Shown: piece by piece, positions 26,095 to 39,000 of the stretch
Layout: each line of letters begins with the position of its first letter
Position numbering within the stretch: position 1 is the stretch's first letter
Origin: Haliotis cracherodii
Lineage: Eukaryota
Direction of reading: 5' to 3'
Length of the DNA stretch: 64,000 bases
NCBI RefSeq assembly: GCF_022045235.1
Contig: NW_027266271.1
Location: 4,030,001 to 4,094,000, forward strand
Notes under the pieces: model-generated
The model's database searches: none
What the model was told of the DNA's origin: nothing
Seen by the model: only the letters and a program-made list of their open reading frames with translations
Made by a program: the position numbers and the translations under genes

Positions 26095-26339
26095 TATTGG
26101 CGTGAGATGTATTTTACCCGTTGCTCTGAAACTGTTACTCCGATTACTTTCACACTCTACATGTGCCTGCTGCTTTCGGTGCTTGACATCTTTTGTTCTT
26201 TGACTTTGGCCATTGGCCACGTGGTTTGGCAGCCATTTTGGATTCAGGGTTTTCACAGTGTGTTCTGGGTACACAGGTCTTCAAAAGCATACGACACTGA
26301 TAGTTATTAGTTGCGGCCATATTTGATTTTGATTTTCAT

Positions 26340-26700
26340 ATCCCCCGGCGTACCATCAACTCATCAAAGGCCCCAATCAGCCTTTATCCCGTTGCTTATA
26401 TTACTGGCTTCATCCTTTGTTTCTGTCACTGACTTCACCGACGATTGTTATCCCTACCCTTGTGTGTACATAACCGGCTTCTCTACTCCAGTATAACAAT
26501 ATCTACTCTACTGTATAAACATTGCCTCCTACTTGTATAGATACTTGTCAACCACACTCTGTATATCACTAACTTGCTTGATAACGGTGACAGAACCTAC
26601 ACCGAAACGTCACTCTTAATTGTAATAAAGAAGTTGTTCATCCATAAATTCTTATCCTCACTTAGCACTCCAACTTCTTAATGCCTATCAAAGAAGAAGT
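26340..26700 (+). mobile_element. Penelope-like 3' fragment inserted in the HINE cluster
   Basis: Shares cttgataa...acaccgaaacg...aataaagaagttgttcatccata with 4173-4272. The 5' boundary is approximate. Confidence 0.5.
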
Positions 26701-29617
26701 CAGTGAAATATCAAATTATTAATTACATTATACAATACTCTTATGCACTGTATTATAAAGCGGATTCGAGTAGGCAGAAACCGAATGACTCAGTAATTCT
26801 CGAAACCATAGAGCCCGCAGCTATATTTTATTATTATTATTCCGCCAATTTTTGTACTAGAACTAGCAAAATAACCACTGGCTCGATTAAGTTGAAATTT
26901 TGTATGTGTATGAAGACAGTTGAGTTCTAGATACGTAATAATTCCCAAGGCCGTAGGCCCAAAGACCAAGGGCAGATAACTGAAAAACAAGTAATTTTTT
27001 AAGCTATGGTGCCCCAAAACCACTTGTCCGATTACTTTCAAAATTTGCATGTGTCTGCTGCTTTAGGTGCTTGACATTATTTGTTCTTTGATTTTGGTCA
27101 TTGGTTACTTGGTTTGGCAGCCATATTGGATTCAAGGTTTTCACAGGTGTTTTGGGGTACCTGTCTTCAAATCCCTACTCCTCTGAATCCTTTGCATGAA
27201 ATGCATTCAAACTTTCTGAGAACTGTCTCCACACACAACACTACAAATTGTCTTAAGCGATTTTGGATATCTTTTTTAGTTGCGGCCATATTGTATTCAA
27301 GGTTTTTACAGTTTTGTTTGGGTACCTGTCTTCAAATCCCTACTCTTCTGAATCCCCTACATGAAATGCATTCAAACTTTCTGAGAAGTGTCTCCATACA
27401 CAACACAAAAAAATGTCTTCATCGATTTTGGATATCTTTTTTAGTTGCGCCTATATTTGATTTTGATTTTGATTATTTTTTCACCGAAATACTCCCTTTC
27501 ACTGTCAAGTGTCTTCTGCATTATGTATACAACCCTTGAAGATGAGGGTTAGAATTGGTCTTCAGCAACCCATGCTTGTCTTAAGAGGCGATTATTCGAA
27601 CATTGTCTGGGTGGTAAAAGGGTTTCGAACACTCTGGTTAACTCTGGCACATGCCAATTTCCTAGCGGTGATGTCCTGCAAACAGTGACTAGTTTTTGGC
27701 GGAGTTGGTACAAGCAAACCATATGCGGATTCGAACATGGTCCAAGTCAAACATGGGTTATAAACACACTAGGACATGTGATTTCTCGCAAGCGGTTCCT
27801 TACATTTGATGGCGTTGGTACAAACAAACCATTTGAGGATTCGAACATGGTCGAAGTTGGAAATTGGTTAAAACATCCTGGGACACCCAGACACATGTCA
27901 ATTTAGTAGTGGTGATGTCTCACAAGAGGTTCTCTACATTTGACGGCGTTGGTACAGGTAAACCCTTTGAGGATTCGAATATGAACGAGGTCGGAAACAG
28001 GTTTAGGACTTTATCTCAGCAATGCGACAGGAACTCGGGGCCCGGACGAACGCAGAACGCTTATCTGTTTGACTTGAGCCCAACTGACAAAGAAGTTACA
28101 GCCTGTTGAAGAGTCACCAAGACGAAAGGCTGAAGAGTCCCAGTGTTAGCGTTTGATATAATATTATTATTATTCCGCCGATTTTTGTACCAGACCTACC
28201 AAAATAACCACTGGCTTGATTTTGTTCAAATTGTCTGTGTGTATGTAGACTGTTGGGTACCAGTGCCTGCCAAAAACCAAAGGCCAAGGGCAGATAACTA
28301 AAATTAACAGAATTTTTTTTCAGATGTACTTCGCCCTATTGCTCTGCAACGTCTTATCCGATTACTTTGAAACGTTGCATGTATCTGCTGCTTGAGCTGC
28401 TTGACACTTTTTGTTCTTTGACTTTGGTCATTGGTCACTTGGTGTGGCAGCTATATTGGATTCAAGGTTTTCACAGGGTTTTTGGGTACCACTCTTCAAA
28501 TCCTATCTCCTCTGAATCCACTGCATGAAATGATTTCAAACCTTCTGAGAATTGTCTCCTTACATAATGCATCAAACTCTGTTAGCCGTTTTTGGATATC
28601 TTTCTTAGTAACGACCCTATTGAATTTTGATTTTGATCGTATTTTTCGGCGAAATATTACTTTAAAGATCATATCTTGTAAGGTTCTCCACAGAAACTAT
28701 TGAAAGTTTACATGAAGTTAGTCGGACATATGTACCTCATCTTTTGTTCTTGTTTGCATGCTAACAGTAACATCGCTTGGTGGTAATATTTGATTAATAT
28801 TTGGGACACCCCTTGAACACGCCAATGTCAGGTGACTATTTTTGGATGGAGTTGGTACAAGCAAACCCTTTGAGGAATCGAACATGTTCAAGGTCTGAAA
28901 TGGCTTTAGAACAGACTCGGACACCCCTGAACATGACAATTTCGTAGCGGCAATACCCTGCAAGTGGTACCTACATTTGAAGGATTTGGTTCAAGGAAAC
29001 CCTTTGTGGATTCGAACATGGACGTTTGGGCACAGTGTTACTTGGAGCCCGCCATTGCTGCTAGCAGCTTTAATTTTTACCTTGATACTTGTACCTTTTT
29101 TTTTTCTTTGCTGTGTTCTGTTTATTTGTACGCCAAATACGATCTAACCAAACTGAGAAAGACATGTTTTATTGACTGACTGCACTGCATTATTATACCC
29201 CCCATGCTTGCTGTAAAAGGCAACTATGCTTGTCGTAAGAGGCGACTAACGGGATTGGGTGGTCAGGCTCGCTGACTTGGTTTGAGGCAAGCAGTGTCAA
29301 CAAGCACTGTCCCGCTACCGCTCCAATGACAAAATGCTCAAGAATCAAACTACAAAAGGTAAGTTATTGATCAAATCTGAGAAATATATCAGTTTGAAAC
29401 ATAGATCACTAAGACATGACCATCACTTGATACTCTCGCTAAAAATAAAACGTATGGAAAGGCCGTGGGGCAATCTCTTATAACATGCATACTTTCTGTA
29501 AATATTTTCATGATGTTTTACGTTATGTCATGATAGCTTTATTGTAATTTTAGTGCTCCATCAGATCAGGGAAGGGCAATTATTGGCAATATCCACCAGA
29601 AAGCATGGAAAAAGCTT

Positions 29618-30690
29618 ATGAGGCCGTCCTTAGCGGTGAAGGGCTCAAAAGTGCAGCAAGGCACCGTCAGTGAAACAGGTTGGTCCAACATGGAGATCTT
29701 TCAGAAATATCTTGAGAACCACTTCAGCACGTACTGTGTTGAGGCTACAGCAGATAATCCAATCCTGGTTCTTTATGATGCCCATAAATCACATGTATCT
29801 CTGTCACTTATTGAGTGGGCAAGGGAAAAGCACATCATTCTTCGTATTGCCCGTGCACATGTCACATCTCCAGTCTATGGATGATGGATGTTTTGGTCCT
29901 TTAGAGAGAATTTACAACGGCCTCAGACACAAATTCATCAGGGTACATGTAAGGTCTGGGATTGACAGGTATTCAATATGCAAAGTCGCATGTAAAGCCT
30001 ATTGTGCTGCACTCACACCAATGAATCTGCAGTCTGCATTCAAGAAATGTGGCATATACCCATTAAAAAGGGATGTGGTTAAACAGGGCACATTTCTTCC
30101 AACAACTATTTTCACGACAACTGCTGAGACGTCTACTACACCTTCCACAACAACAATTTCCTCAGGTGACAACGTCGAATTCAGGACCACCAGGTGTACC
30201 AGTTTCTTCAGAAACACGTTCTGACAACAGATATTAAACCCACAAAGAAAAAGAAAGGTCCTGAGTTTGGTTGTTGGTCGAAAAGCTATAATGGAGGACA
30301 ATATCTTTGCCAAAGTAGTGGCACATAAAGAAAGCCCAAAGATTACATAAACACCAGTGACCTGTACATATAAGTCCAGAAAATCTATGACTTCTACTGT
30401 TCCAAGGAATACCCTGTCCACTTCACCCACTCCGGGTACTTCTTGTGTCAGTAGCACAGCAGTCCTTGATGCAGGCTCGACAGATATGGAAGAATCACAG
30501 AATCATGAGAGTGAATTTTGCTGCAAGTGCGAAAAATGGCAACCAGAAGAAGTACAGCAATGTACATATTTGTGAAATGGGAACAATGCACACACCCTGC
30601 ATGTGCACGCCTGTCAGATGTGTGAGACGAAATGCAGAGTTTTGGCCCCCCTGTCACGATGAGCCAGAGGAGTCATGTGCATTATAATTG
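29618..30690 (+). pseudogene. pogo/CENP-B-like DDE_1 transposase remnant with a C-terminal Cys-rich (PHD-like) region
   Basis: Frameshifted ORFs containing SETGWSNMEIF, ILVLYDAHKSH, LPVHMSHLQSMDDGCFGPL, NLQSAFKKCGIYP and CCKCEKW. Confidence 0.85.
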
Positions 30691-31065
30691 TGTAAATATT
30701 TTGTGACTTTAATGCATCCAATTATTCATATAGAGTTAACTTTATTGATGTCGTTTTGTGATGGGGATTACCCCACTGTGCATGTGACAAGCTTGTGTGA
30801 GGCTCAGTGGACGTAAATAGCAAGCCAATGAGGCGAGTGAAAACGTATGACGTCATTACAAAGTGTCATGGCCGTACTCGGAACTTCGGAAGTGATCGAT
30901 ATGGACTTTCACTTCATAGACTTTCAAATTAAACATTTGAATAAAATGACATTGATCATATCAACAGGTACGTACCATATTATAACTGTTCTAAAAAGAG
31001 TTTGTATTTTATGAGCATGTGTGTCTGATCCGAGCAAAAACTGATGACACCAGGATAATAACTAT

Positions 31066-31245
31066 ATGTGAGTACATGACACTATTCTTATGGAAAACTT
31101 TTTTTACTCTTTTGTAACAATATTTCACAGCCACTTCAAGGCCCTTCATCAGGTGAATACTGATCAGGCTGATGAAGTGGCTAGAAGTGGCTGTGATATG
31201 TTGTTACAAAAGAGTTATCCATAAGAATAGTGTCATGTATTCATG
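31066..31245. mobile_element. Palindromic (foldback) element, copy 2
   Basis: Same arms and near-identical spacer (gtgaatactgatcagg) as 20807-21012. Confidence 0.85.
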
Positions 31246-31321
31246 TTCTTCCAAATTCTAAATACCTATCCAAGAGTATTAGATTTAATATAACAGAACT
31301 TTGTGTGATACACAAACAGTA

Positions 31322-31480
31322 AGGACAAGGTAGGTACACCAGGCCTTACAGTAGTAGGACAAGGTAGGTACACCAGGCCTTACAGTAGTAGGACAAGGTA
31401 GGTACACCATGCCTGTTCAGTAGTAGGACAAGGTAGGTACACCAGGCCTGTTCAGTAGTAGGACAAGGTAGGTATACCAT
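31322..31480. repeat. 34-bp minisatellite, ~4.5 units
   Basis: Unit aggacaaggtaggtacaccaggccttacagtagt. Confidence 0.9.
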
Positions 31481-31545
31481 TCCTATGTATACAATTATTT
31501 AAGCTAAAAGTACTGATGTTATTGAATGATTATTATCCCAGTTAC

Positions 31546-31587
31546 CTTTATCTTCTGGTTTTCATCTGCAAACTGATTCCTGAATCT
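31546..31587 (-). CDS. DNAJC13: DNAJC13 coding exon 4 (RFRNQFADENQKIK)
   Basis: tttttcag acceptor, AAG|GTAAC donor, 42 nt in phase 0. Fills the gap between TEAL and RFNAYKHHW. Confidence 0.88.
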
Positions 31588-32327
31588 CTGAAAAAAATAA
31601 GAATTATCAGTCATGAAAACCATTCCTAAGAATGATTTTGTTATTCTTAACATTTGCAACATCAAAATTCTAAAAATATATATCCTTTTGGATTTGAGAT
31701 GAAATGAAAGTGTGTTGTGTACAAGTTGAATTTGGTTCAGATCCATTCTCATTTGCTGTTGTTATCATCTTGATATATGAGCCTCCAGGAGAGATTATCC
31801 ATTCACCATATTTTGAAACAAACATGTTCATGGAGGATGCAGGATGTTGCAGTAGACAAAAGTTGCTTCAATATTGTAATAGCTCTCGAGGCTAATGCCC
31901 AACTGAGATAATAATTTGAAATACTTTTTTGATTTAGTCAAGAAGATTGAAGTTATCGTCAGCTTTGAACATGTTCTATGGTTTTTAAATTTGCATCTTG
32001 ATATAGTCATTGAGATCCCTGAAAACATATTTCATGTTACCTTGAGTTCAAAAGAAGAATATTAGACATGTTTTGCTCCCAGTAATCCAGAAATTCTATG
32101 ATGTGATTCAAGTGTTTCCAAAACAGCCACACGTCATCTTGCAAGTGTACCCTTGGATGGTTTTACTAATGTATGGAGTAGGAAATATTTAACCACATCT
32201 TAAATCGATAATTAAATGAACTTAAACAAAATGGAGAAAATATTCACAAATTATTATTCCCATATGAAACTGTTCACATTTGTTTTTAACATGCAAAAGC
32301 TAGTTATTCTGTTGTGAATGCTTTATG

Positions 32328-35300
32328 TCAATCAATCTTTATTTCGTACTCAAGAGGCCACAGGCCTTTAGTACATAATACAATTCAACATAATTAATTA
32401 TTACAATAGAACATCAAATTGAAATAATTATCTCCCACATATATACATCATGACAACCATAAATATGCTCATTTTATTCTGGCATAGATAGTATTTCATT
32501 AACAGTTAACAATTTCATTTCTATGGGCAAAAGCATGGTAAATAAACATCGATAAATTCTTTACAACCTCTGTTCACTCACATTTTAATAAACTTATAAA
32601 TTTACATATGTTTGGTTCACTGTAATAGCATTTTGGTAAGTATTTTATTCTTAGTTCTAAATATAATGGACATCTGATAAGGAAGTGATACTCGTCTTCT
32701 ATTTCATTTAAGTTACACATGTTACATTTTCGTTGTTCTCGTGGGGTATTTATATATCTGCCTGTTTCAATATGTAGATCGTGCGACATGCAACAACAGC
32801 GTGCCAATGCTTTTCTATATTTTGGTATGGTAATATCAACAAGATAGCATTCTCTATAAATGTAAGATTTAAAAAGTTTATAATAAAAGTGTTTATTTGA
32901 TAATGTTAATGAAACATTCCATGATTGTAAATAAATATCTTTTAGTCTTTGTTTCAGTGACTGGATAAACTCAGCAGTATTATTGACCCGTTGATCATAC
33001 CAAGCATTACCAAAACCAGATTCAAATAAGAGTTCTCTAATACCAGTTGCCCAGTTTCTTTTACCATTTGAATCAAACAACAATAACATATTATAACACA
33101 TTTTGGAAATCTATACAAGGCATATTTAAAATTCTTAACCAATATTTGATAACTTTAATATATGCAAAAATATACAGTGGATAGCGACCACAATCACCAT
33201 AAACCATAATCCCGGGTGTATTAACTTTTACACCTAAATATTTCTTACATGCAAATAAGTGAATCTTTTCTATAGCATCTACTTTTGAGAGTCCCCAAAT
33301 CTCTAGACCATACAATAAAATTGGACTTATTTTTACATCAAAAATTTTGAAAAGTGTATTATAATCAAAGTTTAGACCACATGCATTTCGTTGCATACCA
33401 ATGAATACCTTTTGAGCTTGTAAGGATGCTTGGCTTACATGATATGTCCATGAAAGACAGTTAGTAAAATATAATCCTAAATATTCATAAAAACTTGTTA
33501 TCTCCAATTGGTTACCTTTATAATACCATTTTTCATATTTTGATAAATTACCGCCGTTTTTAAATGCAGCAATTTTTGTTTTATTTCTATTTACTTTCAA
33601 TTTCCATTCATCACAGTACTTTTCTAACTCATTAATTTGTGACTGTAGACCTTTAATAGTACTTGAAAATAGAGCAATATCGTCTGCAAACAAAAGTAAA
33701 AACAATTCTTCTGGGTGTAGTTGAATTCCATAGGAACAATTATTATATATTTGCATTGCAAATTCATTGATGAAAAACGAAAACAGGAACGGGCTTAAGA
33801 TACAACCCTGTCATACTCCTAAATGACTTGAAAATGTAGGAGAAATAACTTGGTTATTTCTAACACAGACTTTTATATTTTCATAAATGCTACATAACAA
33901 TTTATTCATTTTAGAACTTAATCCATGAGTCTTAAAAAGATTCCAAAGTTTATTTCTTTGCACAGAGTCAAATGCTTTAGAAAAATCTACAAAAACTACA
34001 TAAAACTTTCCACCCTTATTATTAAGGTATCTTTGTATTAAACAATGTAATATAAATATGTTGTCCACGGTACTATATCCTTCTCTGAATCCAGCTTGTG
34101 ACTCATCAATTTTGCTCATTGTACTAGCCCAATACACTAATCTTTTATTAATAATACAAGTAAATATCTTGCTAAAAATGCTCAAAAGAGTTTTACCCCT
34201 ATAATTATCAGTGTTGTCTTATGGAGAGGTACAATTATTCCCACCCACCATGAATTCGGAAAGGGTCCATTTTCTAAAATGACATTAAATATTAGTTCAA
34301 GATATGGTACTAACAGGTCTGCTGAATGTTTGAAAAATTCAGGCATTAGATTATCAATGCCAGATGATTTATTGCACTTAAGTTGTTGGATGCTTTCTAA
34401 AATTTCTTCTCTCGTAATTGGGGATCAAGGATATCAGCTACAATTTCATCAGTTTCGTCGTTGTTATCATCCTCATTTACATTATCATTACATTCTAAAA
34501 ATGACGCTTTCTCATTCTGATGTGACATATCATACATATTTTTGAAATGACAATACCAGTCATCAATACTTATGTTATTCATGTTTTTTTGTTTTTTATT
34601 CATGCTTTTTAATTCTGACCAAAACAGTTTTGAATTATTTATATTTTTCTCTAACCTTTGTTTCCTCTCCATTAAATATTTATTTTGTTTATATTTACAG
34701 ATGGCAGTATATTTGTTTCTAGCGGCATGATATTCTTTTAGGTTACTTTACATCTTTTTTTTTTAAGCATTTCACACTCGTTATCAAACCATGGATTTCT
34801 TTTCACCCTTTCTCTAACTCGACTTACTTTTCGTTTCATATCACCAGCGGCTACACATAGAGCATCTGCAATAGCATTAACACTTTTGTTTATCAGAAAA
34901 TACAAAATCGACACTTTTGGAGATCGTCTGTAAGTAAATTCTCTCTGAATGTGTTTAACATATTATCATCCCAAACAAACTTATAGCTATTATTTGCGCT
35001 TGCGCTATTATTAGGTGAAGTTCGGGTTCTATTACAACTCCTTAGCTTAATGCAAAGGGGTAGGTGGTCAGATTCAGTTCTAGACTGAATTTCAAAATCA
35101 ACTATATAATCAAATAAGCGAGGCGAAGCAATTGCATAACCAATTACACTTGTACCTTTTGCTCCAATGTAAGAAAAGTCTCCAATATTTGTGTCTTTTC
35201 CACATCTTCCATTTATAAAAAGAATATCTAAGACTGAGCAAAGATCTAGTAGACTTTTACCAAAGGTATTTATACACTTATCTAAAGAAAATCGCTCTTT

Positions 35301-35520
35301 GTTGAAAGAGTCAAACATAAAATCCCATGACGTATCTACCTTGATGTGTTCAATTATGTCGTCTGCTACATAGTCAGGTTTTATACCAGTTCTAGAATTA
35401 AAATCACCACCTAGTAACAAATATTTACAATGATCACCACCTAGTAACAAATATTTACAATGATGTTTAGATAAAATATCACACAGTGTTTCTCGTAACA
35501 AATCAATACCATTTTTACAT
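32328..35520 (-). mobile_element. 5'-truncated non-LTR retrotransposon ORF2 remnant (APE + RT), probably RTE-X-like
   Basis: APE motifs GDFNSR and ESDHLP. RT motifs QAGFR, FVDFSKAFDSV and LLFADD. C-terminal HDLHIETGRY..C..C..EDEYHFL..C. AATAAA followed by a (GATT)n tail at ~32328-32344. Clade assignment is uncertain. Confidence 0.92.
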
Positions 35521-36059
35521 TGCTTTAATCATTCATCTAATGATGGTATTATTCCAGATGCCATATTTGGCTAGATTTTCCATATTTGCTTTGGAGTTTG
35601 TAACACAGTGAATGAATGATGAAGATTTATAAAATGGAACAAATCCTGGGAAACCAATGGAGCCTCTCCCTGTGGTTGCAGCCATATACTGTATGTTTAT
35701 CAGGCATGGCTGATGGAAGTAAAATCATACCCCTTTCTTTTCTGAGAGCTGAAACTGCCAATCTAATATTGACTAAATTTGACTGAAGTCAATGTTGGCG
35801 AATGAAAAGTTTAATTTGTTCTGGTTCTGCGATATCTAACTCATACAATCTGATGATCTAGATGTTTCTTTGCAAATAAGATTTAAATCCACTAGAACTT
35901 TAGTTTCAGATGATTACTAAGCAAATTTATGTGTGAAAAATGGGGTCAGGAAACATTGTAAGCATAATAAATTTGAAGCATAACAATATTTTTGATTAAA
36001 TTATATCATAAAACTGTAAAAATTTAAATTTCGTGAGTTGACGAGTTCTTCCGATCCTT

Positions 36060-39000
36060 GTGTGGAAACGTCCTAAAACAAAGTTTCCAGCTTCTAAGCT
36101 TCATTCGCCCTTGCATCACCATGGCGACCACCCGTCAATCTGGTCATGCACTCGTATCTCGTGCAGCCTGACATACATGCACTGATCACCCGACACTCTC
36201 TACCTCATCATTCTCTTTCTTGGACCTGACAGGCTAGTGTAATTGTGATGCGGGGATGGATGGGTGGGCATAGATATTGTAAAATAGGATAAGTATTATA
36301 AATATATAATATACTGTAAAATTAAACAGTTTTTAAACTTATCCCATTTCACTCTATACATTTATCCCATGGTTGGACGGTGGGTGGCAGATTACCCCAG
36401 CCATGTCTTATAACCGTGAGATATACATGAGGAAGCTGGTGCTAAACATGCTTCAATCCTAAGATTGTCACACAATCGCGTCTGAAGACAGTGACTCAAA
36501 GTTTCATGAGTGGATCACTGCACTTTGAGTGAGAATACCCCTTTATGCTACTAGGATACAACATCATGCCATCAGGTATAACATGCGTTATAGGACATCA
36601 TACTATGACGACCACAAGGTTTTGAAGTAAGGTAACATATTCAACCACGTCTTGTAACCAATCCAGAAGAGGTCTCCAGTCAATTAGCTCTACCAGCAAA
36701 CTCACCCATATGCTCTAATGATGTAGGCCTCATTTGCTTGGCATCTCATTTTACGCTTTGTAAGGTATCAATCCCACCATAGGATGGAACGTGCTAAGAC
36801 AAGACTAGGAAACAATCAACAATATTCATCTCAAGAGGATCTTTAACCAATACTGGTACTTCACATGTTCATGGCAGAGGTGAGCAGGTAAGGGTTTGGA
36901 AAATCCGCCAAAATGGCCTCGCCATACAGCTACTTCATAGTGGAAGACTAATGTCTCTACAGATGAATTTTTTGCCTCTCCATTGAAGCCTCAACCTGGG
37001 AACCCTGATTAAGTATAATAAACAACAAAGGAGTGGCTCTCAATTATTTATTCATGTTGTACACAATATGATATACTTGACTGCGTGAGTGGTACTTGCA
37101 TCTTATCTGCGTTGATGGGCCGTCATTAATTGTTGAGCAAGGACTAGAGGACCGAAGTGGTGAAGCCCTTGGACATCAGTTACGGAGATATCTCGTAAGT
37201 AGTGGTAGGTGAAGACTGTGTCAGACTTCCAGAAACATCCTTCCATGAAAGCGCTGAGGGAGCAATTACTATGCAGAGCCATTGTGGAGGCGACAGTTCT
37301 CGTCTCGTGAGGATTCGATGTCTGAGGTGGAGGCAATCCCTTTGGCGACTAAGGACTTCTGGAGATGAGCCAGACACATAGGAAAAGGGTGTCCAGCGTT
37401 GGATGTAGTAGGCTGGAGTAAGGTTGAAGGAGGAGATCTCTTGCAAGGGAAGTGGATGATGGCTGAGTCGTGGCAACCACCTTCTGAATCACCCATGGTA
37501 GAAGCGCTGTTGGTGGAAAAGCGTAAGTGTCGAAATTCTTCCATGATATGGTACTCCCATGCCTCTTGATCTGGAATCAGCGAAACGAATCTGGAGAATA
37601 GTCTGTCAATCAAAATTGGCGCATGCATCATTTTGAGCCATTCAGAAGGCCAGGCGCGCTTTGCGGATTTGTCAGACTTACTTCCGAGGTCAAACGACAC
37701 CCGAGAAGCGACATGGCTACAGTTTGTGCTATTTTCACTCGCGACATCCATTACGTATCGCTGGGATTAGATGTATACCTTTACCCAAAACCACAGGGTC
37801 GGGAGAAAAATGTTTGAGGCTGATCAAGTTGTGCGGTAGGCCTCACCATCAGTTAAACGTCGCCACCATCCTCCATGGGACCCACGTCTGCTCGAAAGTG
37901 AGTATTTGCACGAATTTCCTCACTTTTGCACATATGCATACTCAAATTGGGTAAATGACAACACGTAGCAAGTTATGATTTTACGCATGTTATAAACAAG
38001 GATAATGCTTGTAACTACAAAATCATTTTCGAGTTATGTATTTTGGCAACATCGGGCATTGAGTTAGCAGGTCATATTGCTGAAATGTGACACGCGAGAC
38101 AGCCGTGACACACTGTAAACAAATATGAAAGTGATCTGATTTCGGTTAGTGCAGAACGAATTCTGCTATTATTTACATTGAAGTACGATCTGGTGGAACT
38201 TGTATTCCTCTCTCTTAGATATGACTTATTTTGTTAGATGAGTCAAGACGACCGAAGCACTTCTGTCCAATGAGAGATCACGAGAGTGACTGCCTTGAAT
38301 TCGAGACTGTTGATGTTGAGGGTAGATTCTATTGCTGACCAATGTCCTGATACAATACTGCAGGTGTGCTCCCAAACCTACTGTCGATGCATCCACAAAC
38401 AGGTGGAGCGTGGGTTGAAAGGGTTCCAGGAGCAGACGTTCATCTTGGATAGCCACCATCGCAGATGGTTGTACAGGCACCACGGGAGCTGAATTGGGAC
38501 CTGACAATCGTCAAATTGAAGATAAGGTCTCAGAAACCGCTAAATTCGCCTCTCTAGGAGAGAGCTACACTGATGTCAATAGACTGAGCAACTGCTGCCA
38601 TTGTCAAAGATGTAGAGACTCCAGAGAAGAGGCCATGGTAGTCATCCCATTAGTCCCTGTCTCGCCGAACGTTGAACTGTGGTGTAGATAGCATGCCCTT
38701 CTGCTGGCGGAAAGCTGCGAAGGCCAAGCTAGCTTCTTTGAGAGGTCCGTCATGTGGAGGCAGCGTGATGGGAGAAGCTTTGTTAGCTGGCATCGCAAAC
38801 CCCTTAAGCAGATCATCCAAAGATGTACTACGAGGAAGGTGAGCATGCTGTCTAGGGAAGAATCAGAGAGGGTTCCATCTGGGGAAACTGCCTGTAGATG
38901 ACGGAGGTGACGTCTGACTTTCAGGGGTAGCTTCCAGAGGAGTAGGAGTGTTATCAATCCTATCTGTAACCATAGTACCTGAAGTCGTTTGTGCCGTTAT

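Larger units (their letters stand above)
22565..29078 (+). mobile_element. Cluster of nested Helentron-associated non-autonomous elements (HINE/DINE-1-like)
   Basis: 5' hairpin heads gggctccaagccgaaaggctgtagagccc, then (TTA)n and internal ~130-bp tandem repeats. 3' subterminal inverted repeat cttggagccc and palindrome gctgctagcagc at 29041-29067. Confidence 0.8.

Noticed and set aside
32319-35527. Possible 7-bp LINE TSD tgcttta
   Set aside because: Too short in AT-rich DNA and not flush with the tail, so it cannot be relied on.
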